Position numbers and translations under genes: made by a program. Under the pieces are notes generated by a model. The model had not been told where the DNA came from and made no database searches. It saw only the letters and a list, made by a program, of their open reading frames with translations. Shown here one piece after another: positions 48,137 through 60,226 of a stretch of DNA of 64,000 nt (its first letter is position 1; each line of letters begins with the position of its first letter). The DNA is from Lophium mytilinum (Eukaryota): positions 248,001 to 312,000 of the forward strand of contig MU004193.1 in the NCBI GenBank assembly GCA_010093605.1, read 5' to 3'.

Positions 48137-49279
48137 ATGCCCGACTTCAAGAAACTCGCCCGCATCTTGTCTCCCCGAGGCATCCAAACAGCAGACAACG
48201 ACGGCCCTTCCCGCTTCCCCCCCGTCCCCTCCGTCGCCCCATCCGCCTTCACCTCCTCCTACATCCTACTACGCCGGCTGAAGGAAGGCGAAAGCGGTGA
48301 CATATCCCTCTACACGCACCAGACGAGCCTCCAGTCCATCGTCATGAAGCCCGTCAAGAGCGTCCACCCAAAACAGCCCCTCGAATACTCGATCCTGGAG
48401 ATTTGTAAACATTCCCCCAACATCATCACGGTCCTCGGGTTTTGCCCCCATGTTCCAGACCCAGGCACCGACGCGATCCTTCTTGAGTACTGCAAGTACG
48501 GTGACCTGCTGGAGTACCAAAACCTCTTCGTCGACAACAGCGTCTACCCGACTGAGCGGACGATGCGGGTAGTCTTTCGGCAGCTGTTGCAGGCGCTCGT
48601 GTTCCTGCATAACGGTGTGGGCAGCGGGACAGATACCAGCAAATGGAAGCCAATCGTTCATCGGGACATCAAGCTCGAGAACGTGCTCATCTCCAAACTG
48701 AATGAAGGACCGGAGGGATTGTTACGGGACATATTGGAGATCAAGCTCACCGACTTCGACCTGGCCAAGAGGTACAACAAGCGGGACTGCATAGTGCCGC
48801 GTGGTGCAGGCTCGCCGGTGTGCTGGCCGCCAGAGCAGACACTCCAGAAGCGCAAAGCTAAGCCGCGTGGTGATATTTGGGCTGTTGGGGCCGTCATGCA
48901 TGCGCTTGCACACTGCACGTACCCTCTCAAGGACGTGGTGGAGTACAAGGAAGAGTTTTTACGGAACTACGGGGGACGGTATCCGGCAGATATTGGCGCA
49001 GAAGAGCGCAACAATACCTTGAGAGAGAGGTGGTACTGGGAGGCACTGGTGCCTCGCGAAGTAACTTCCCTGGAGGACGCCATTGATGGATACGATGGGT
49101 CTGGAGTTCGGGTGGATCGAAACCTGCCCCTCTGGCGCCTAAGAGTGGCAGAATGGCGCCAAGTGTACAGCCCAGAGTTCAGCAATCTTGTCGCCAGCGC
49201 CTTGAAGAGGAAGGAGGAGAGGAAGACGGCTTTGGAGCTTCTTGGTGGCATGTCCAACATCCTGAACGTGGAGACCTAG
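48137..49279 (+). CDS. Ser/Thr protein kinase, divergent
   Basis: IVMK, LEYCKYGDL, VHRDIKLEN, DFD (in place of DFG), PPE, DIWAVG; likely start MPDFKK at 48137. Confidence 0.88.
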   Translation: MPDFKKLARILSPRGIQTADNDGPSRFPPVPSVAPSAFTSSYILLRRLKEGESGDISLYTHQTSLQSIVMKPVKSVHPKQPLEYSILEICKHSPNIITVLGFCPHVPDPGTDAILLEYCKYGDLLEYQNLFVDNSVYPTERTMRVVFRQLLQALVFLHNGVGSGTDTSKWKPIVHRDIKLENVLISKLNEGPEGLLRDILEIKLTDFDLAKRYNKRDCIVPRGAGSPVCWPPEQTLQKRKAKPRGDIWAVGAVMHALAHCTYPLKDVVEYKEEFLRNYGGRYPADIGAEERNNTLRERWYWEALVPREVTSLEDAIDGYDGSGVRVDRNLPLWRLRVAEWRQVYSPEFSNLVASALKRKEERKTALELLGGMSNILNVET

Positions 49280-50361
49280 AGACCCCGGATTGAGTTGGGA
49301 TGATGAGGAATTATGAACAAAAGTTTCATCGTCTAAGGGTCCTTCAATGGTCCTAGAATGGCGCCAAACCTTAGATATCTAGCTTTACAATGAGAGCCTC
49401 GGGTATGTGCATGTGAAGACTGAATCGAAACGTGAATGCCTGAGGCTGAAAAACGAAATTGAACCATAACTTGAGATGTGTAATGAATATGTGAAAATAG
49501 CTCCAACGAGGCGCTGGAGAAGTAAATCCAAACCCGTTTTAGCCCTGGTTCGGACTACATGGAACAGGTTCCTCGAAATCGAGGCTAAATGCAGCACCTT
49601 TCGTCCGGAATACCTGATATCGTGGTTCACTAGTGAGATGGTTGCCTGGTCAATGCGGGTGGGCATGCCTTCGCCAACACCTGGAAGCCGTGTGCACGAC
49701 CTCGACGCCACCCTGGAAACTTGAAAGCACACCCCCGAGATCCTCGGAGCCTGAGCCCCAGATTCTGACCACAGCAGATAGCGCACAAACACGACTAAGA
49801 TATGATACGTCCATACGGTTTAGCGTAGCTTGTTCAACAGTTTGATGGCGTGTGCAGGACCTTGACACCAGTCCTGACAGCTCAAGATATCACACCCCAA
49901 ACCCTCAAAGCAATAGGCTGGAATCCGGAGAAGCGGGAATAGCGAGCCCATAAGACCATGGCTTGATACGAAAATGCTAGCATGCATCCGAAGATGCGAA
50001 ATGACGGCCCATTGAATATTGAAATGAACCAGACTGTAATCAAAACAAGAGACAAGGGAACAAATCTTCACAACACACCAAGTTGTGGGCATCCTCCATA
50101 CTAGATTCAGGTCATGCCAGGAGACTGAAAGAATTCAAAGATATGACAAATAGACGCCAACAATGGATCAGAGCCATACCAAAGTGGATTTCTGGAGAAA
50201 AGAGCAGGGAGACAGACAGGGAATTAGAGACTTTGAGCAGCAGCTCTGCATAAGGATGCGCGGCATTCTGGAGATGAAGAGAATAAAGAGAATGGGTAAA
50301 ATTTCACGGGAGCCGGGGAAGTCATGATCCGGGAGACGTATTGGTGATCCTTTCCAACTTG

Positions 50362-50641
50362 CCAGATTGAACCTACATACTAGGTCGTATGTTTGGGAAC
50401 ACGGAACTCTTACTCCTCGGGGTCCATTCTTGCTCGCTCGACATCACTGTAAGGAGTACCCTGGCTAAGACTTCTTCGCCCAGGCAAACGATAGCCCGAC
50501 ATACCAGATTGGACCTACATGCTAGGTCGTACGTTTGGGCATATGGAAATCCTACTCCTCGGTGGCTATTTTTGCTCGCTCGACACCACTGTAAGGAGTA
50601 CCCTAGCTAAGGCTTCTTCGCCCTGGCAAACGATAGCCCAA
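50362..50641. repeat. Diverged 142-bp tandem duplication
   Basis: ccagattg..ctaggtcgta..cactgtaaggagtaccct..gcaaacgatagccc at 50362 and again at 50504. Confidence 0.88.
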
Positions 50642-53600
50642 TTTCCACGACATGGAGTTTCTGGTTGTGTCGGAAATTTCAAAGTCGTCTCAAGATACTC
50701 TAAGCAGATTCTAGGAGCGCCCAAAATCCTGTCAAAGTGCTGCGATTTTAGCCATAACAGGCTTTGCTTCTTTGTGGGATCCCGAGTGGGCCGTCTAATC
50801 CAGGGGTACCTGGCGTACATTCCGGTGGCCAACATTCGAATACGTTCCAGCCTTTTATTAGGGAAAAAGGAACAATGTACGACTTAGAGGATCAAGTCTT
50901 CCAAGAAACTTCGGCCGCGTTGTGGCATTGTTGCATCCAAAGCCGTCCCAGAGCTGTTCCCTGATCCGCAGAATACTCTGAGATTACTCTAGAAGCCTAG
51001 AATGTACCTAGAATGGATGGAGGTACATCCCAGTGTCCCAATATGACTCCGGGCGTTGAAGCAGTCCTATACTCCCGCAGATCCGGTAGAATTTCGCCTC
51101 GAGGCGTCGTTGCCATCCACTAGGTATACCCGGGGCTTAATTTGCCCTTCCTGTATGGATGCTAGGCCTTCGAAGCCCTCTATAAGTCTATTCTGGTTGT
51201 GTGATGATGGATCCGGGAGTCATTTCGTGCATTGTGCGCGGTCGGGTATAGCCATCCCATCGTTCCAACCCGTTCCTATCCAGGCGCATCTACGCCCAGT
51301 GTGTCGTCCACGTCCCTCCATATCATCTTTCACATTCAGGCTGTCTCCGTAGGCACTGCTAGTACGCCCGGCTGGGTGTGCGTGGAGGCATGCGATCGGA
51401 AGGTTGCGGTCGGTTCGGGTGGAGGATTCAGCATTTCCCCATCTCCGAGAGGGGAAGCTTCGTTGGCAGGAATAGTTGCAACGTCAGCATCGTAGATTGG
51501 GCGTAGCTTCTAGCCAGACACAGCCGGTGGATGCAGGCTGATGCTGGTGTTGTTCATGGATGTGGAGAAGAAGGAAGGTGGTGTTGCGGCGCCGAAAAAA
51601 CCTCATCCCCCCCATTGTGCCAAGGCGAAGCGTTGCCTTTTCAGCATCACCAACTTAATCGCGCAACTTCAGGCCTTTTAAATGCGCAAAGTCTGGAGGC
51701 TATCGAGGAGTCGAAGTCCAATCACGGAATACAAACGATGTAGCGCTATGCTTCCGCGCGCAAGTCTGTACGGATCCTCTGGCTTTACTCCGCTTCCCTG
51801 AAACATCATTACGAACGCGCCCATCCCCGATAGAACGCAGAGATCATGTCACTGTGGCAGTCTGCACTAAGTCTCGTTCCGGGAAGCTCTTACATTTAGA
51901 TCCTTTGCCTCCTGAACTTGGAGCATTCCCCTCTCCTCGATCTCATCGCGCCGACGAAGAACTTGTCACATCTACGCTAGCGGAAATCCGCAAAACGGGG
52001 GAGAGAGCAGCACAATTACGACCAGAATGATGGAGCATCTAGCTTTACTACTAACTATCCCCTAGAATCGAAATGACGCAAACATCCTCCTGCAATCCAT
52101 CATCTCCGCAGCGAAAACTCATCTCTTCGAATCGCCCGGCCCTATCTAGGAGTGCATCAATCGTCCGTCTGCAATCCACACCTAATTCGGCGATGCCACC
52201 AACCCTTAGCAAATCTCATTGGGCCAATATAGCGATCGAAGGTGCTTGTTAAGATGGTACAATGTCTCGGCATATACTTCTGTACAGTCGTTTACCGCTG
52301 CTTGAGGAGCCCCATTGTCTTTTCAGCATTCCGAACAAGAGAGAAGTTCGGCGTTCTGAGATACTAATGACTTCACGAAGCTACCCTTGACATGCAGTAC
52401 TTGTGCGCGCCGAGCATTCCACGGCATCTTCCTTACCTACGTAGGCTTTTCCATCAGGATCTCAATGTCCAAAAGCATCTCCGAACTCAGGGCTGGGGCC
52501 AAGCATATTGGTCCACCCACCACCTACTCCGCTCTGTGCCTAGTCGAATACTAATGCACGCCGCCACGGCGTCAGAAGCACGATTTTATAGTGCATTGAT
52601 CGACAGGCTAGCGGGAGTGTCACGGCAAACCGGGGCCTTGGGACAAAAGCGAACTGCACCTTGCTTATGGTGTTGGAGCAGGCATTGACCAAATACTTTC
52701 ATCGATCGCTGATCATCAAAGACTTTGCAGGGTATATGACATTTATACATAAATGATACAGTCTACATGGCGTGTTCAAGGCTCTAGCACCGCAACCTGA
52801 CGATTGAAGCTGATTCAATGCGGCAAACCCACTTGTCGTTAGCAAATCACTCGCCGTACTATTTCTTTTCCTAGCTTTCGCTATCCTTCCCACATTCCCA
52901 CACATTCCGGCTTTCCTATAAGTCAGGTCGAATTGAACCGAAACCGCAAGGCTTCTACCGTTTTGGGATTTGCCCATTTCTGTCGTCTTGGTCCCCTGCT
53001 AGGCATAAGCATGCCCATCGCGCGGCGGGTCCGACACCACTTGTGGCTCCGACGGGCACAGTCAGGTGTCTTTTGTTTCGCCCCAATCGCATGACTCCAT
53101 AAAAGTGGTTCGCAATGACCAGGTTGTGAAGTCCAGGAATGTCTTAAGTTTCATTGGTGTGCCTTATTGATTTGGGTCACGTGCTCGTATCTTCCTTTAA
53201 GGTTTGTTATTGAGGCAAGTCCTCACCAGGATCAATAGCATTTCGACTAATGTTTAGATTTAAGCAGATTACAAGTTCGTGAAGGCCGTCGCAACTAAAC
53301 CACGTGATGATGGTCGCACCTCAATTCATGGTTACATTACATCACCAAACCCAGCAAGCCCAGCCAACTCTTATTCGACGTCCAAGCCGCAAAGCATCAG
53401 ATTAGTCTGTATTCTCACGGCCTCGCCGTGTCAGGTTACCATTTCCCACGCGAAAAGCCTTGCACCTTCCTCTCTAGTGCTTTGACGTAATACCAACTGA
53501 GCACGCAATACGGTTCCTTCATGCCTCATCACCGCCGTCTCACCACGAATTTCATTTTTTCTTTCCGTGGGCGGCTTTGCTTAAATATGTTCCCTGATCC

Positions 53601-53648
53601 TGTCTTTGAATCTCCGCACTACTTATTGGACATCCCAGGGCTGCCAAC

Positions 53649-55385
53649 ATGTCGTCGAGCAGACCCACTGAAAATACTGCGGGGATACACGAGCTAGGGA
53701 AAGAGTCACCTGACATCGAGGATCCAAAGTCTCTGGCAGGGTATGATGTTGATGAACGGGGAGGCCATCACGACCATGTTGTCGTTGCGGACCGTCTTGC
53801 GCGGAAGCTGTCTGCGCGACAGGTGCAAATGATTGCTATCGGTTTGTACCTCTTCACGCTGCAATAATATGAGCTAATATCTGTTCTAGGTGGAACGATT
53901 GGCACAGGTCTCTTCCTAGGGACTGGCAAATCCCTCGCGACCGGTGGCCCAGCTTCCATGCTCATTGCATACATGATCGTCGGAGTCATCGTGTTTCTCA
54001 CCATGCTGGCGCTCGGGGAGATGGCTGCCTTCATTCCGGTGGCAGGAAGTTTCTGCACTTTTGCTGGCCGCTTCGTGGACGACGGGTTTGGATTTGCCTT
54101 GACTTGGAATTACTGGTTCAACGATGCTGTCAGCACGGCAGCCGATCTGGTAGCTCTTCAGTTGATTCTGGAGTACTGGACTACTAACTTCCCGGGCTGG
54201 GCGCTGAGCTTGATCTTTTGGTTTGCATTGATCGCGGCGAATATCATCACTGTCAGGGCATACGGAGAACTTGAATACTGGCTCAGTTTGCTCAAAGTAG
54301 TGACTATCACCGTAAGATACCCATTCTCACAACACGCCTCCAATTCTAACAGCTACCAGATCTTCATGATCCTCGGAATAGCCGTCAACTGCGGCGGCAA
54401 CCGCGATCACAAGTACATTGGCACCAAATACTGGTACATCGGCGACGCCCCCTTCGTCGGCGGTATAGGCGGCTTCGCATCCGTCTTCGTAACCGCCTCC
54501 TTCGCATACGGCGGCACCGAATCCATCGCCATCACCGCCGGCGAGACCAAAGACCCCACCAAGAACATCCCCCGCGTCGTCAAGAACGTCTTCTGGCGCA
54601 TCCTCATCTTCTACGTCATCTCCGTCCTCCTCATCGGCCTCAACGTCTCCTACCTAACCCCCAAGCTCTCCACCAAATCCTCCGCCACCAGTCCCTTCAC
54701 CATCGTCTTCCAGATGGCCGGCTCAAACGCCGCAGGCAGCTTCATCAACGCCGTTATCATGACAAGCGTGCTGTCAGCAGGCAATCACGCGCTTTTCGCC
54801 GGCACGAGGCTGCTATACACGCTTGCCGTCAACCGCCACGCGCCCCAGGTCTTCGGCAAGCTAAACCGCAACAAAGTCCCCTGGGTCGCCGTGCTCGCCA
54901 CAAGCGTCATCTCCGGTCTCTGCTTCGGCGCCTCCTTCATCGGCGCCGGGCAGCTCTGGACTTGGCTGCAGAACATCGTCGGCGTCTCCAACCAGCTCTC
55001 CTGGATCGCGATCGGGATCGCCTCGATCCGCTTCCGCGCGGGGCTGAAGCACCAGGGGAAAACGCATTTGCTGCCGTTTAAGAACTGGACGTATCCCTAC
55101 GGCCCGTGGTTCTCGGTGATTCTGAATAGTTTCTTGGTGCTGGTGCAGGGGTGGAGTTGTTTCAGTCCGCATTTCAGTGGGGTGGATTTTGTGAGCTATT
55201 ATATTGAGCTGCCGGTTATGGCGGTGATGTTTGTGGGGTGGAAGTTATTGAAGCGGACGCATTTTAAGAGGGTGGAGGATATGGATTTTGAGACGGATGT
55301 TTATGAAAGACAGCCGGGAGAGGAGAAGGCGGATCGGAAGGGGTGGAGGGGGAAGCTTGAGACGGCTGTGAGGTGGATTTTCTGA
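53649..55385 (+). CDS. Amino-acid permease (APC superfamily, yeast amino acid transporter type); 3 exons
   Basis: RKLSARQVQMIAI|GGTIGTGLF, LGEMA, YGELEYW, FAYGGTE, AGETKDP. Introns 53842-53889 and 54312-54359. Confidence 0.95.
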
Positions 55386-55649
55386 GAGTGCGTGATGATG
55401 AGATTAGTTGTAGAAGAGCGTGTAGCTACGAATTTATTTCTTAAGGTCAAATACACGTTTTCGTCTTGTTTCAGTGGAGACGATATGGGAAAGGTGCTGC
55501 GGTGCTAACCCAGCGCTGACTAATCTAGCGTAGGTACTCAAACTCAACGACAATCATCGGTCGTCCGCTCGGCTTCACCAAAATTACTTCTTCTTTCTCC
55601 ATGAAGTAGCAGAGTGGATAGCTTCAAAGGTCAGGGGGTCGGGACAGTA

Positions 55650-56230
55650 GCTAGGTGATGGAAGTGTGAGCCGTCTCATTCCTTCATATTACGTTAATCC
55701 GCCTGGGCTCTGCCGACCATCCGTCTGATTCACGCATATTCCCATCTACTCGCACACCAGATATCCAGATTTACCAAATTGCGTGTCTTTTACTACGTGG
55801 ACTCTAGCCCCCAGTTCTGCCCTGAGCCACGACATGAGGCGGTGCTGTAGAGCTCGCACAAGATTAGAGTTTTACGATATAACGGATGCCCTCTATCAGA
55901 CTCCTCAAAGCAACTAGCGATCTCTTCATACATCTCCGCTTGGAGAACTTCATCGGCGACTTCAAATACACAACCTAAAAGTTGCGCTGATATCTTAGTG
56001 CTGCGTACATTTGTCTCTTGCTTCGAGCCGTCCGGCGGCGGATTCACGATAATCATGTGAACGGCACGTCTTGCCGGGGTTTTAAGACCAGAAATATAGT
56101 GCCTGAAAATGTCGTCGCAGGCAAGGAGTTGTGCCCATGGCGTAAGCGAGCTTTTCAAAAGAGCTTCGCTAGCATCCACGTGGAACCAAATGCTTTGAAG
56201 GACATTCATATAATCCTCGATGCGACACTC
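55650..56230 (-). pseudogene. MIF4G-like paralog 5, decayed
   Basis: RIEDYMNVLQSIW..WAQLLAC..LILCELY. Beyond the stop at 55793 a broken frame reads GYLVCE*MGICVNQTDG, matching the family. Boundaries approximate. Confidence 0.65.
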
Positions 56231-56694
56231 GAATGAATCATGATGTTCAACTGCTCCTCTAAGTCCGCATTCGCTCCAAAGTATGGATCAATTTTTATTG
56301 TTGTCCGCAGGCTTCACTTCGACTTTGGGGATTATCACTGCGAGTAGCGCACTGAAGAGGGTCAGATGTGTTCGCAGGATATACCTAAAGCGTGACGGAT
56401 TCAGGGAACCAACGCCCAATATGCTCACTCTCTCATTCTTACAACTGACGGCAAGGGAAGATTTCAATTGTGCAGTCGTTCAAGTCACCACGTTGTGAGT
56501 TCATGTCCTTCTATCAACCCGAAACCGGCTGCCAAAAGCAGGACATTATGTGTTCAATCCATTGATTAAATGCTAGAATCATCGGTAAGATCCCCATTCA
56601 CCCGCAGCCCAACATCTCTATCCATATCTTCCTGATCTTTCCAAACGTACAAGTTCCGTAAGGCAATACCGACCACGTGAGAAAATAGGGGACA

Positions 56695-57585
56695 CTAGTT
56701 TGGCGCATCGGACATCGTCACATTCTCCGTCGCTCCCGTAGCTTCCATTAGTTCCATCCCCCCGGCAGCCGTATCCAGCATTCTTTTCACAATTTGCTTG
56801 ATCCTTCCATCCTGTTGTTCGGTATATGGCTTCGAGCCCCGCGTACTGCGGATTTTCTCGGCCAATTCACGCAACAAAAAGCGGCCGTCTTCATCGTGAC
56901 CGATTGCAGACCCGATATACTCAAAGAAATCTAAACAGATGTCGACGTTGTACGCCCATAGATCTCTCTTCGCCAAAACAACACAAAAAATAGATCCTAC
57001 TTCTCTCAACTCTTCCCACCAAATCTGGTGATCCAGGTCGTCAGAGAGAAGGTAAAGTTCGCACAACATAACGACTGAAGAGTAATCCGAGGTTCCAACA
57101 CCAAGTTGTTCTAGCTCCGTGCTAAAGAGCATTGCTTCTTGAAAGTCTTCTCTGAACTTCGCGTCGACGTTGTGATGGACACAGTGAAACAGTCGAGCGC
57201 AGACCTTTGCCCAGCGAATTCCGGCCTCTGACTTGGAAAGTTCGTACCCGTGATCGTCATCATCAACACTCAGCCATGCACCCTCGCGTATGCAATCAGC
57301 AACAACAGTAGATGCGCAGCGAAGCATCTCTTTCTCTATTGGCCTTGGAGGATGACTTATTACCGACTATACGTAGATGTCGCGGGCGAGTTGGTGGGCG
57401 TAGAAGGCGATGGTGTCTTCACTGACATCTTCCCAAAGCCGCGGGAGGATCGTGAAGAAGTCGCCAAGTCTCGCTGCAAGCTGGTACCCATCTTCATAGG
57501 ATCCACACACGCCGACTTTCAGCGGCTTGAGAGTGAATGGCACGGACCAAGGGTCGTAAGCATCGTCATTCTGACCGTCACCCAT
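56695..57585 (-). pseudogene. MIF4G-like paralog 4, one in-frame TAG
   Basis: ORFs 57367-57642 and 56695-57327 share a frame split by TAG at 57369-57367. RLGDFFTILPRLW..FYAHQLA..WAKVC..VMLCELY..FFEYIG. Confidence 0.75.
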
Positions 57586-57967
57586 GATGGAAAGATGGGG
57601 ATGCATGAGTTTCAGGGCAAAGCGGCGGTTTATATGCTCCAAAATCGTCCCTGCAAGATGACATCTGCTTGTCGGCCATAGTATGTCCTAAAAACACAGT
57701 TTTCGGGGCAACACCAAGTTTGGGCGGCGGTAGGAACCCGACATGAAGTAGTTTCGCCAACTCTGCTCAGTCAGAGTGGTAAGGTCTGGAAAATGCGCAT
57801 ACACAATTATTTTTCTACACGATCATCAAAGAAGCGGCTCTGATTGTACGGCTAGCTTGGCAGAGCAAACATCGTTACGTTCTCCATCGCTGTAGAGACA
57901 TCCGCGGTATCCAAGTCTCCGGTTGATGCGTTCTGCACATACACCACCATATCAGACATTGTTCTTG

Positions 57968-58753
57968 CTACATCGCAGCAGAGACTTCCGCAATATCCGC
58001 CCCCCCAGCTAATGCATTCTTCAAATTCATCACCAGCGCCGCGATTGCCAGAACCTGCTCGTCCGAATGCTTCAGCTTCCCTTGCAAATCTGGAAGTTGT
58101 TGGACAAGTTCACCCAGAATTTCCTCACCCGCTCTCTCGCGTCCCATCCTTACGCCCACCTCGTCAACCAAATATCTCAGCCATCTCAAGACCTCAGTGT
58201 CCATTTTTCTATATCTTTCCATCATGTTGAACGACGACCGGATCGCTTGTCGAATCTCCTGGAACCAGAGTCTCCGCTCTTCATCGTGATCCACAGCAAG
58301 CACGTAGAGCTCACATACCCATACGATGTCGCGAAACCACGGTACATGTTCCGCAATACCACCATTTGGGTAAACACGACCAGCGCGCTCCCTGTCCCCA
58401 AGGAAGTACTTCACCAACTCGTACAGTCCCACTGCGAAATCCGTGCTAAGAAGATGCTGATACAGACGACGCAGCAGACGAGCGCGCAGTTTCCACCTAC
58501 GGATATCAACAATCTTATTGTCAATACCCTTGGTGGACCACCAGATGATATCGAAGCCGATATCGAAAGCGCGCTTTTTGTCATTTGACTGTGTCTGGTC
58601 ACACTCAGTTTTTGGGTCCAGATCACAGGCCAGTATTCGGGCGAAGAAGGTGATCATGTCGTCAGTCACCTCGATATCAGCCCAGAGCTCCGGTAGTTTC
58701 AACATGTAGTGCGCGATGTGGTTGTTCTTCGAAACTTCAGTCCCGGACGTCAT
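57968..58753 (-). CDS. MIF4G-like helical protein, paralog 3 (intact, 261 aa)
   Basis: HYMLKLPELW..FFARILA..VWVCELY..LRYLVDEVGVRMG; single-exon ORF. Confidence 0.8.
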   Translation of the reverse strand: MTSGTEVSKNNHIAHYMLKLPELWADIEVTDDMITFFARILACDLDPKTECDQTQSNDKKRAFDIGFDIIWWSTKGIDNKIVDIRRWKLRARLLRRLYQHLLSTDFAVGLYELVKYFLGDRERAGRVYPNGGIAEHVPWFRDIVWVCELYVLAVDHDEERRLWFQEIRQAIRSSFNMMERYRKMDTEVLRWLRYLVDEVGVRMGRERAGEEILGELVQQLPDLQGKLKHSDEQVLAIAALVMNLKNALAGGADIAEVSAAM

Positions 58754-59239
58754 GGCGAACTAAAGATTTGATGTCAAGACAAGTGGGTGGCCAATATCGA
58801 GATGGAGGTCACTAGATATCAGACTGGGACAAATAGCTTGGGGCTTGATTACTATACATATTCACGGCAAGGACGAGCGACGAAGAGACAGGAATCAATT
58901 GCTAGTCAAAGCAAATCACCGCAAGAGGGACAAATAAGGTTAGTGCTTTACCAAACGTCTTTGCATTCTTACTTTCCATTGCTTGGGTGTTCTTATGGTT
59001 TCCGAAAGACCTGGGCGACATGCAAGATATGATGGGTGGGAATTTCAAATAGCATCTCCTAGATTATGATGTCAAGCAAGTAACGATGGATGTCAAACAG
59101 TCGCATACTTTTATGTCCCAGAATAGGCCTAGTACCTGCATTGGAATGGCATGTTTCTAGTTCCATCTATTCACAATTTCGCACTACCTCTGCCACTCTC
59201 TGCTTACACCTGACCCCTTGAGATACCCACATGGATGGA

Positions 59240-60056
59240 CTAGATCGTCTCCCTACTAAAGTACAACTCGATTTCTTTCGCCTCAGTAATCTCCACTTGG
59301 CGACGAAGCTGGATGTTCTTGATGATTTGGATCAGATCCATGATCCTTTTACCCTGCGCATCTGAGGGAGACAGGAAGTAGTGCGCCTTATCTAGGTACT
59401 CCAGGAATTTGGCCAAGATCGTCATGCCCCCGTTTCGGCTCCCCAGTCGATCACCCAACTTATGAACAATGTATTCATACCAGCGCCTCGTCCTTGATTT
59501 CCTGGGCCGATGACATCCTTCTGTACAACAATGACCCGATTTTTGCCAGCATCAGCGACCATACGCGGCAGTCTTTATCGACGCTCTCGATAGAAAGATG
59601 ATAGGTATCGCACAGGAAGTGACCACGGATCGACATAGCTGCCTCTGTTCCATTGTAGCGCGAGAGTCTGGTAGTCAGGGTTGCTCGCATTCCACTCTTG
59701 AGATCTTGGTCCACATCCATATACAGGCTGTAAAGCAAAAGAGACATCAGCTTTGCCCATCGTTCTTCGTTTATTTCCTCGACTGAGGCGACGATCCTTT
59801 GCACAAGACTCTTTGCCACCACAATCAAATCATCTACTTCGAGGTCGTCGGTAAGATTTTCCGTAGAAACTAGTTCAAAGTAGTTCGCGAGGTCCCAGGC
59901 AAAGGATGAAATAGTCCCAGGTTGGACATCACTCCAAAGCTCGGGAAGGATTTTTGTGAAGAGTTCCCTCATTCGATTTTCATGCTCTTCGGGATTACTG
60001 CAATCTCCCAAGTAGTCGTCAAGAGAGATCGATGCAGAGTTCTCGGTAGTGAACAT
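59240..60056 (-). pseudogene. MIF4G-like paralog 2, frameshifted near 59483
   Basis: LFTKILPELW..WAKLM..FLCDTY, continuing in another frame as WYEYIVHKLGDRLG (ORF 59240-59458). Confidence 0.75.
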
Positions 60057-60226
60057 CTCGCCGTGCTGAAATTTCGGTTGCAGATATCAGGGTAGATATG
60101 AGGAAGCCAATCATCAGTCATCACAGGATCTTTATATGCGGGTCATGGTCGTTTGTGACACTGTTGACGTTTGCATTGCTACCGAATTCCAGCAACGCCT
60201 TTAGAGCAAGCCTGCCGTGTTTGGAG

